Source: Cirrosporium novae-zelandiae
Lineage: Eukaryota
Reading direction: 5' to 3'
DNA: 31,368 nt
NCBI GenBank assembly: GCA_026023565.1
Contig: JAPETS010000067.1
Location: forward strand, 62,001-93,368
This document shows positions 21,478 to 31,368 of this stretch, piece by piece. Made by a program: the position numbers and the translations under genes. The notes under the pieces were generated by a model. It saw only the letters and a list, made by a program, of their open reading frames with translations. It did no database searches and was not told the DNA's origin. Within the stretch, counting starts at the first letter, position 1; each line of letters starts with the position of its first letter.

Positions 21478-23482
21478 TCAGGTACGGGACTTGATTGGCG
21501 TAGAGCTCTTGCTGGCTGATTTGTCCTTCTTTGGAGTAAGAAGCTCATTTTTGATTCCTGCAGCTTCAGGATTTGAACGCCCACAGTCAGATGCAGCGGC
21601 AGACGCATTCTCGGAGACAGGTTTGCGAATGGTAATAGCATTGTAACGAGGCTGGACCTGTAAAGGTGTAGATAGAGCTGGAGCCTGCCATGTCCCAGTG
21701 ACTATTTCATCTATTAGTAATGTTTGAATAAATTGAGATGGACTGATACTCACTCTGGTTTGACAAACTCTCCAGACGCGTGGTTGCTTTCGCATCAGGA
21801 GAGGTATATGTGATGGGGTGGTTGGCCATAGCATGCTGATGATATGGTAAAAGTGGTTGACCTGGGGAGACCTGCCCCTGGGTGTTGACAAAATTGATAG
21901 ATGCCTCGTACTCGTGTGCTCGGAATTGGCGGCGCTCATTTGTCTTCTTCTTGAGCTCCTTCTGCTCTGGAGTGTCGGAATAACGAAGCGACATGATATT
22001 TCCTTCTTCGCCGATGGGAGTATCCTGGAATCGCTCCAAGACTTCTTCGCAGACCTTGCGGTTCTCGAAACTAGTGAAAGAAGCTCAATCAGTACTCGTA
22101 TTTGTAAAGACATTTGGGTTAACTTACCGACAGAAGCCCACACCACGGCTGATACCAGTCTCCTGGTCTCTAAGTATCTTGCTTGAGACAATCTTGTACT
22201 CGACGAAGACTGCATTAAGCATCTGGAACATTATTAGTTTAGGCAATAGGAAAGTGAATGAATCAGCATACAGATTCGTTCATGTCTCTTGGTAACCCTG
22301 TGATATAGAGGTTGGTAGAACTTTCATCGGCGAGATCCTTAAGCTTGGAATTCTTGGACTCCTTACAGAATATTAGAAAGATACTAAGAGTAATACCAGT
22401 CAATGATAACTAACCTGAGCATAACTGGTCTCATAACCAAGATGGAAGAAACCACGGATGCAGTTTTCACTGTCGATGAAGTTGTGGTATTCCACAAAGC
22501 CAAACCTAACCTTGAGTGTTAGCAACACTGAACCAGGAAAGGTCAGACTAGCTTACCCTTTGCATTGTCCAGTGTTCTTGTCAATAATAGATTTGCAACG
22601 GGTGATTTCACCAAACCGGGATGCCCACGCATGAAGCATTTCGTCCGTGGTATTGGGAGGAAACCCACGAATGTAGACATTGCACTTTCCACCCTCATTG
22701 TGCAGAGCCTTCTGAAGGGACCTCTTGCTATCAGTGAACAGAGCAGGGATAGCTCTCGGGATAGGGGGGTCTCGGCGAGCAAGCTCATCAAGGTCAACAA
22801 GTTCATATTCGCCATTTGTGTTCCTGAGAAGTGGAGCAGTGAAGCAAGGTTCAGACACCTGCTGGGGAGAAGGGGTACTGAAGGAAAAGCGGTTGAGTGG
22901 CGAGTATTCAGGCACTGCAACAGCAGGGTAAACATCTGCATGACCAGGAGCACCGAAGAAGGGGGTTCCTGGACCAGCTTCTTCGTTAGAAGACCAAGAA
23001 CCGCGACGAGGAGCTGACAAGTCCGGAACTTCCATTGAGGAAGGATGAGACCATGCTTGAGCCTGAGGAGTACTTGGGAGCATCTGACCATAGTTGAGAC
23101 GATATGAAGAAGGATGAACCTGAGCTGTAAGAGGAGAAGGTTGCATGCCAGTACTCACGACCTGCCCGTTTGGAAGAACCTGATAGAGACCATTGGCTTG
23201 GCCGAACGAAAAGGCCCCAGATGTAGGACTGCCTGTGACAGGGAACTTGCCAGGTCCAGCAAGACGATGACCCTGCAAGTTGACATTTCCAAAGGCAGAA
23301 GTCATTGCTATCATATCGAACCTATTGCCATTGACATTGTTCGATCCAGGACCCTGATGATAGCCTTGAGCCTTGCTAGCAAAATGCTGGGCCTGAGCAG
23401 CTCCATGACTATAAGGTGCACCATTGTACTGTTGGCTAAAGCCGAAGTTGGCAGGCGAATTAAGGAGAGGTTGACCGTTCAT
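21478..23482 (-). CDS. Two-RRM RNA-binding protein, MSSP/RBMS-like; 6 exons, 580 aa
   Basis: Exons 23482-22557, 22505-22415, 22361-22272, 22222-22128, 22070-21754, 21701-21478 total 1743 nt in frame. RRM1: NVYIRGFP...CKGFGFVEY. RRM2: TNLYITGLP...SRGVGFCRF...LRYSDT. N-terminus is N/Q/G/S/P-rich. Confidence 0.88.
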
Positions 23483-26400
23483 TTTTATTTCTGGACTATT
23501 TGTTAGCCATGTTCTTTAGTAACTTCTTCGATACGAGTCTTGGGGATATCGACACGAACTAAGTAGAGAGAGCCACTCAAATATCCATATTCAACATGTA
23601 TCAGGAACGAACAGAAAGGGGGCCTCAACGCAAATCTAGAAATGGAATGTTGAAATGTTTCAGGGTGAATGCTTAGGAAAAACTGAGCTCAGATGAGTCC
23701 TGCCAAAGGAGGAGATGAAGTCGTGTAATTCTTGGTCAAACAGAAAGATAAAATGAACGAACTAACCTTATGAATTGACTTGACTTGAGCAACTGTAATA
23801 GGGAGCAAAATTTGAAGTAGTCTGCACCGAAAAGAGATTAACAAAGGAGGAAAGCATTTCGAGGGCCGGTAGTCTCCCCAAGGACAAGGAAACTCACTGA
23901 GGATGGATTTGTTCGTGTGCTAAACCTGGGTTTGGTGAAAGTGATTGCTCTTTCAAGACATTAGCAGAGAAACCAAAAGTGAGGGAGAGTTTGATATAAT
24001 ACACAGAGCTCGAAAACTGGTACGATGGAGATAGCAATTGATTCCAAGTGAGCAAAATGGCTGCACAGAAGGTAATGCTCTTAGCTAGAGGTGCGATGGG
24101 ATGATGGAAAAGAAGAAGAAGAAGAAGTAGACGAGAGAAAGGAAGAGGAGTAGATTGCTATATAGCTTACCTACCTAATGTTCCCAGGGAAGGATACACT
24201 AGGAGCACTTGCCAAAACAAGCAACGACCTCAGAATTTGATTTTCGGAAAGGGAAGTCTTGGTTTTCACAACAGCAGGTGCAATTCAGTGCAATTCAGTC
24301 AATTGCAACGAGGGCTGTTAACTGCCTTCGTAAAGAACGAATGGAGCACTAATAAAGTTATGAGTTAATAATAGAGAATAACAATTGATGGCCTCTACAC
24401 AGGAAATACTCGAAGTAAATACCGACCCCAGGAAGATTGGATAGAGTAATAGGTGGGATGACGCCAGTATTTATGTGTGATGTTTTTCATGGACCATGGC
24501 TGACAGACAAAGCTGCCACTGGGCCACAATGTGGAAAGCATAGTTACTGGTATTGCTTGATTTCCATACTACTGCAATGTTTTCCTAGAGCAGAATGGCT
24601 CACGACGCAGAAGTTATTTAGTGTGCAGACCTCAACCCGTCTTTCGGTATTTGTTTTGATATGGAGGCTGCTCTCCAGGATCGCCCATGCACGGTACTTG
24701 GAAGATCTAGTGGAATCAGCTTGTTATTTGAGCTTAATGGAAGCTCTTATCAGCTTAGGCAATTAAACAAATGTTTGCTAATTATTAAAGATGATCTGTA
24801 TTAACGGACATACCTCTCCTAGATCTTCAACTTCTTTTGCGTGCTTTGTTCAGGGGTTTGCCTATCTCATAGGGAGTGCCCGATATGGTGTGTCAAACCT
24901 CAATGTGTTATAAATATAATAACCTAGGGCTACATCGTCGATGGAATAGTTTATGTCTCCACGCAGCCTTCGTTAAACAAGACATATTACTGTGGAGGCT
25001 ACTGGCAGACACTCGACTCGGTTAACCTCAACACTCTGAAAATCACTGTTTGCCATTGGGCGCATTTGGCAATCTGGAGGTCTCGGTGAATGGCAGAGAT
25101 GGGATGGCAAGAGATGATGGATTTGCAGATGACACATTCATACTCGGTGCCTGATCATCTAAGAGAAAAAACCAGGCTAGTGATAGGTTCAGCGTTTGCG
25201 ATGAAATTTCAACGTCACGGAGTGATTTTAATATACTTGCATGTTACAAGTTCATTGTTTTTATTGCAGCTGCAATCCAATCCACCCTTTGCAGAATGGC
25301 GGATGGCCAAAATATGGGATATTTTTGGCCTATGTACTCGTTCCTGAAATATTTTTTCCCCTGTGAGGTTGGCGGCAGCCATTTTACCCATACTCGGAAT
25401 ACCTTCCTGGTTCGCCAAGGATTTCACATTTGTGAGCAATCACCATAATCCGGTAAATCAGTGAATCTGAATCTCAGAGTTACGAGCTCATCCGAACAAG
25501 ATATCGGCCTTCAAATGCCGTAGTGAGACATTGGAAACGGTGATATGGTACCCAAATCGCTAGGTATGTAATGCTCGTCATGATCTCTTCTACTTCTATG
25601 GGAATCATAGTGTACTAAATGGAATCAATGATGTAAATCCCTGAGTATGCCGCAGCTGATTATCATGAGTGCAATCTTCACACTATATATACATGCCTAT
25701 TATCAATATTCAAGATCCGTTGCAACAAGCATGAAGCCCTGGATCTATTAATCTTCAAGGGATTTTGATCACAGACCATCGGGACTTATAACCCTTATAA
25801 TTTTTATCCTTGGATGACGAAATTAGTTCCTACACTTTATGGGTAGAGGATATCCTTTGAGGTATATTGCTCATGGTTGGATTTACATAAATATCAGATT
25901 TGTTTTTTGACAACTGAAGAAAACTTGGTGCCCCAAGCAGTGGATGATAATGACGCCGCTGTTAGATAGAACTCATTTTAATAGATTTTTAATAGATAAA
26001 TCTAGGTCCAAAATCCTGGAATCCGTCCTAACTGCAAGTGTCCCACGAACTCCACCATAGACTTGTTGAACTCCCAGATGAATCTAAATGGCGTCAGCTA
26101 AAATGCGGTAGTGAACCGTCTGTTGCTTAAGCCTACAGCACTATACATCTCTCGGTACCCAACATGGCCAATCCGATAAGTCCAAAACGCCATTGAGCAT
26201 GCCGCCATTCTCGGTGGTTCCCCTAGTTGAAGGATTTCAACAACGATCATCGTAGCTAAAAGATAGCTCACGTTTCACAGGACTGGGTATTCTTCAACTG
26301 TTGTAATTCTCAGACTTTTGACATTCTACTATTCTACTAGCCGAGTTATGCATGCAGGGTCCAAAGCATTTGGGAAGTAGGAGAAGGTAGACAGGCACAC

Positions 26401-26667
26401 AAAACGGTCTCGGGTACATACAGTCTGTGTCCGTGTCTCTTTTCTTTTTTATCATGATTCGATCTTGGTGAGGGAAAGCCCTTATCAAATATAGGGGTCC
26501 CTGGTATATAATTGATATAAGCGAGTCGCCCTCTGTCGGGGCGTTCGCCTGCCGTTCGTGACTCTTTCATCCGAACAAATCTCGCGAATTGTAAGCCACA
26601 AACAACACATTACCAACTATGCCACCAAATTAAACCCCTCATAACACCGTTAACAGAGTATTAATAC

Positions 26668-26702
26668 CCCTAACATCCCTAACATCCCTAATATCCTAAT
26701 AT
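26668..26702. repeat. 9-bp tandem repeat with telomere-like CCCTAA core
   Basis: CCCTAACAT CCCTAACAT CCCTAATAT CCTAATAT. Confidence 0.7.
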
Positions 26703-27344
26703 TCCTGGTCCCGGCTCGGAAGTAGGGTGACTTTCTTTTATTTATATTATAGTTCAGAGAGACTTCGCATTAGCTGCCGGCCCTTGCAGGAAAGGCACAC
26801 AAATATAATTTTTGAATATCTTTTTCCATCGTCTGTCCTGCATGAGTAAAGGAAAAATCTATGGGCTCCTAACATAAAAATAATAAGGGAATCAACGAGT
26901 AACTATTTAAATCCAGAAGAACAAAAGTGTAATTTGAAGCAAGGAACCAAAATCCAGAAGGCTATGCGCCGTGTGCTGTAACTAACCCACGCTATGCTTC
27001 GAAGGTAGAAAAAAAGGCAGATGGAAAACCAACTATTTTTGCAGAACCCTCGACTTTCTATTTCCGATAGTCGGACAAGAGGAAAAGTTATGCAAGTCCA
27101 AAAGTTCTTTCACATAGAATATCTTTTGAAAATATTTTCGTCATGGTCATATATGCATGCAATGTTCGTCAGGTGCCCAATGTTCCTCGCCTAAAGTCAC
27201 TCATTAATAGAAATACCAATCGAATCATTCTGCTGTGGGCAGAATAGGTTGAACAATCCTGGTTACTGCAGCAACCGTAGATCGTTGATTATTGTGAGGG
27301 TTCGTCATCAGTATCTCCTTCATCAACCCCATCTTAGAATTGAA

Positions 27345-29527
27345 TCATGACCACACATCTTCTTGATACATATTTCTACTTCTCATCATCCTGACTATTT
27401 CTTCAGCCCTGCTGACCTCAATGCCCCTTTGCTCAGAAATAATTTGAATTAATACTAGGTTGACGTCTCTCGCCATGTTCGCGGCATCACCGCATACATA
27501 AAAGTTGGCCTTCTGTTCTTGGAGGAGGGAGTTCACTTCGATAGCATATTCGCGTAGACGGTGTTGCACATATACTTTCTTGGACTGTTCGCGGGAGAAT
27601 GCCGTTACAAATTCAAAAGAATCGCCTAGAACATTTTTATATTCCTATATAGATGAGGTTAGCTTACCTGGCCTATATAGGTGAAGAGAGGGAGGAACAA
27701 GAAAAAAATGGATACGAGGCTACGGATGGATGCACATACCTCCCACTCGTCTTTGTATAAGAAGTCTTCGTCCCGCTTCCGGCAACCAAAGAAGAGTATT
27801 GTTTTACCGACCTTCTCACCAGCCTTTGCTTGAGCTGCTCGCTCTTGCACGAATCCACGGAAGGGAGCAACACCAGTGCCGGGGCCAATCATGATGATGG
27901 GCTTGGAAGGATCTGAAGGTAACTTGAAGTTGGAGTGGCGCACGTGAACGGGTACATGAATACCATCGTATTTGTTGCGAGGGCCAGTTATGGCATAAGT
28001 GAGACCATGAGGATCTGGGTCTGGATCCCCATGTTGTTTCTGCTTGAGCGCAAGAAGGTAGTTGGTAGTAACGCCCTTCATGATATGGTCAGAACCGGGG
28101 ATGCGAATACTTTCGACGACAGCAGTGATAGCGATCTTATGCTTCTGGGCAACCGAGCTGGAGCTGATGGAGTAGTAACGCGGTTGGATCTTAAGAATGC
28201 CTTCGATCATGAGGGAGAATGGAACATTCCATTTCACACCACCACCAACGCGCTCAAGGATCTGTGCAATGTTGAGGTACTGGCTAGAGACCTTCTCCTG
28301 AAAGTATTCCCTCTCGTTGCCGAGCCTCGCCATTTCCGCCTTGCATTCGTCATTCGGGGCGAATGGTGCCATTGTTGAGAGCATTTGACGGGAGACAGGT
28401 GCGCAGATTTCCATGTGGTATCGGACAACTGCATCGTATGTGGTGGGACAAGGGAAAGGAACTTTGGCAGTTGGGTCAAGACCTTTGACGTTAATGACCG
28501 TATGTCTCTTCTCTGCGAGACCAAGGATGTTGAGGAAGCGATCAACCTCTTTGCCAGCATTGGTGGGCCAAATAGCAATGTGGTCACCTGTTTGGTATGT
28601 GAGGTTTGAACCGCTAATGTCGATTTCCATATGCAAACAATTGCGACCTCGAACAGTGAATAGTTCCTTAGACTCTTGGATCGGGGCTATATATGGGTTA
28701 TGTGCATTGTACGGGCCTTGGGATCCGCCTTCAAGGTGATTCTTGTTGGGTTCGCCAAGATAGACCGTGTCGTTCTCTGCATCCATATCAGTCTTTTCAG
28801 TAACCTCGACAACCGGCTCATATTGTGCCTCGCGTTCTTCGAGCCCCATTTTTTCGCAGAGGGCTTTCCACATTGGTTCTTTCCAAGCCAAAAAATCTTC
28901 TTCCATTGTACCTGCACCGTCATCGCCTTCTCCGGCTTCTCCTATTCGCGTGGCTCCAAGTTTTCGTAGTGCAATGTCAACACGACGGACCATAGCATTA
29001 TAGTGCTCATAGGTGTTGTTTCCAAGACCAAAAGTAACGTATGAGAGACTTTTCAGGGGCGATTCTTCGGGGCTAGCTCCTTCGCTGAAACTCGCATCAT
29101 CTCCAGTAATTAACTCGTAGAATTCCACCGCATTGTCTGTGGGCTCCCCCTCGCCATACGTAGCAAGCACAAACATTGCCACTTTGTCCTCTGGAAAGAT
29201 GTCAAGATTCTCATAGTCATATTCTTCTAGATCCGCAATCATTGTCTTGAGCCCAAATCGTTGCGAACCTTCTTTGGATAATCTGGAAGCATAGTCTTCA
29301 GCCGTACCGGTTTGCGACCCAAAGAATATCACACAATTCTTGCCTGTCTCCTCCATTTTCTCTAGGATATTACGACTGCGGCCAGCCTTTGCTCCATTTG
29401 CATTACCATATTGGGCAGCATAGGGATCGATCGTCTTTCCCCATAACTTGCCTTTTGTGAAATATGCTACTGTCCCCACCAAGAGGCCGACGAGAACGAG
29501 GATATCTAGGGGATCGAGTTGGGCCAT
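27345..29527 (-). CDS. cprA: NADPH-cytochrome P450 reductase; exons 29527-27740 and 27644-27345, 695 aa
   Basis: N-terminal membrane anchor (LDILVLVGLLVGTVAYF). FMN motifs GSQTGTAE, ATYGEGEP, FGLGNNTYEHYN. FAD motif PRYYSISSS. NADPH motifs IGPGTGVAPF, FFGCR, YVCGDA. C-terminal YQEDVWS. Phase-0 intron 27739-27645 (95 nt). Confidence 0.97.
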
Positions 29528-30051
29528 TTTTGAGAAATTTCTTGAAGGCGCTGAAGAGAGGAGAGGGAACTAGCGAGAGTAGGCAAATGCGCCCAGCACA
29601 GCCGGTGGGGGTGTTTCTAAGAGTATTCTGCAATGAATGCTCATAAATTGTATAGGTTGCGGGAGTTGAAGGTTGGCCCGAGGCTTTTTTTTGGCGGGTG
29701 ATGGTGGCGCAAAGGACTTCTTCGGAACGGACGCTTCTGGGAGTACAACAGAACTGAAACCAACTGGGACAAGATGAAACAACTTTGTTGATTTAAGAAA
29801 GAGGAGAAAATGATGATGGTAAGTTAGGTAATTAGGTACTTTTGTAATATTAAAGATAGAATATCTATCAAAGAGTGAAAGTCAGATCAGTGGTTCGAGG
29901 CGGCCTTTTCCGGAACCGAAGGATTGACTAGTCCGAGGTCTTCTCAGCAGGAGGAGGGGAGGGGAGGGCAGTCCGACAAGAGTCCGACTTTTGTGTACCG
30001 AAACATGCGACAAACCCTCTTCTGTGAATTTAATACGATAAGAAGTACCTC

Positions 30052-30097
30052 AGATACCCTAGATATCTTAATTAGATGCCTTAATTAGATACCTTAG
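30052..30097. repeat. Degenerate 13-bp tandem repeat (AGATRYCTTAATT) upstream of the CPR gene
   Basis: agataccct agatatcttaatt agatgccttaatt agataccttag. Confidence 0.6.
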
Positions 30098-31368
30098 GTC
30101 GGCATTAAGTATTTTCATGTATTTATTTATTTTCATTTTCATTATTATTTTTTTATCAAAGTGTTTATCTCCTCGTGACTGAAACAATCAACTACCGCTT
30201 AGGCAGTCTCTTCTTCAGATCCTTTTCCAAGATCTCTTCTTTAATCTTAGCTAATAATTGGATCACTGTGTGTCCTTGGATGATCCATACAGCCACTTGG
30301 GATGACTCCTAGAGGATTCTTTGGCTTTCAGCCTAAAGCTGCTTTTCCTGTCTGTCCGAGTTGAAGCGCCCAGTTCTAGATACAGATGGATTCAAAATTC
30401 ATGGTTTCTCAACATCCAAGTGAAGTATTAATTGTCGTCCAGATCAGTATCAAATCAGACACGAACATGATGGGAAATCCAATCGATTGGCCCAGGAAAT
30501 ATTTCCTCAGCCCTATGATACTGCATCTCAGGCGCCGAGGTTAAGTATAGGTAACTTTGAGCGGAAGTAAGAGTTGTTTCGAAATATTAGTTAATTATTT
30601 GAAAGAAGGTCTGGCGTGCTTGGAAATAATAAAAAAAGTATTTGAATCACGCCTTCATTCCTTCTATTTACCATCTATCTATCATCAGTCATCCGCTATC
30701 CGCCAGCCGTCAATATTTGTCTTGACGATTTATTAATTAGTTAGATAATCCTTCCTACTTTGTACTGTACTTTTGCCCTCGGTCGCCGACTTACCTAACT
30801 AGTAACTAGTTCCTGGGTCCCTGAGTGCCCGAGTCCCTGAACTACTTACTGGGTGACATACATAGTAACTAAATAACGTGGTCAAGGTATACGAATATTC
30901 TAAATAAATAAATGGGATAACGGGAATGAGCTGCCTCTAGTCATCCGCTGAGGACGGACCAGAAAGTGGTCAAAACCACAATATCCTGGGAGGAACGTGG
31001 TTGACAAGAGCTGCTCCAGGGGCACCGAGTGCCTGAACGTTGAGCCCTTCTTCATCTGTTCATCATCCCGTAATCAGACCGACACTATTCTGCAGATGCT
31101 TTTGCAGTAGGCGAGATATCAAGGTCATGTTCGAGGGAAATAATGAGCTTGAAGCAACATTGGGGTGAGTTGACATCAGTTTCTTTAAAACTCGGAGTCT
31201 ACAGTGTCCGATTAGCTACTTGGTACCTAACAGCCAAGACTTCCCCCCCCCCCCCGAATGTACCTGAGAGAAAGAGAGAGAGACAAAGAGGAGGAAGAAG
31301 AAGCATTTCAAACCCCTCGCTATTGCCCCTGCCTAAAAGCTCCAATCCCATAACCACAAACCACGGCA

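Noticed and set aside
21439..21480. Possible stop-codon readthrough of the RRM gene
   Set aside because: The stop is TGA in a non-leaky context and only 12 codons follow before TAA; no evidence.
30100..31368. Search for genes, tRNA or transposon ends in the last 1.3 kb
   Set aside because: No ORF of 60 aa or more, no tRNA cloverleaf and no terminal repeats seen; likely upstream DNA for CPR and an off-window gene.

Overview
Intron-rich eukaryotic DNA with short GT-AG introns and CTRAC/CTAAT branch points, typical of a filamentous ascomycete (Pezizomycotina). I assembled nine protein-coding genes by hand. In order they are a Zn2Cys6 transcription factor with AT-hook-like and PAS-like segments (+), a three-gene cinnamate/sorbate decarboxylation cluster (Zn2Cys6 regulator -, UbiD/Fdc1 -, UbiX/Pad1 +), a DNAJC8/Spf31-type J-protein (-) divergent from DBP4 (+), FAD synthetase (+), a two-RRM MSSP/RBMS-like protein (-), and NADPH-cytochrome P450 reductase (-). 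The most notable features are: (i) a degenerate 8 x 11-bp, helically phased array of CCG half-sites plus a 15-bp palindrome in the fdc1/pad1 bidirectional promoter; (ii) an N-terminal extension on Fdc1 resembling a mitochondrial presequence, with a second in-frame ATG; (iii) four flavin-dependent or flavin-modifying genes within about 18 kb; (iv) a GC-AG intron and two introns with duplicated acceptors; (v) two long gene-free stretches (4.1-8.9 kb and 24.2-27.3 kb) that carry splice-like signals. I recognised no tRNA, rRNA, CRISPR or transposon. Family assignments rest on motif recognition from memory, not database searches.
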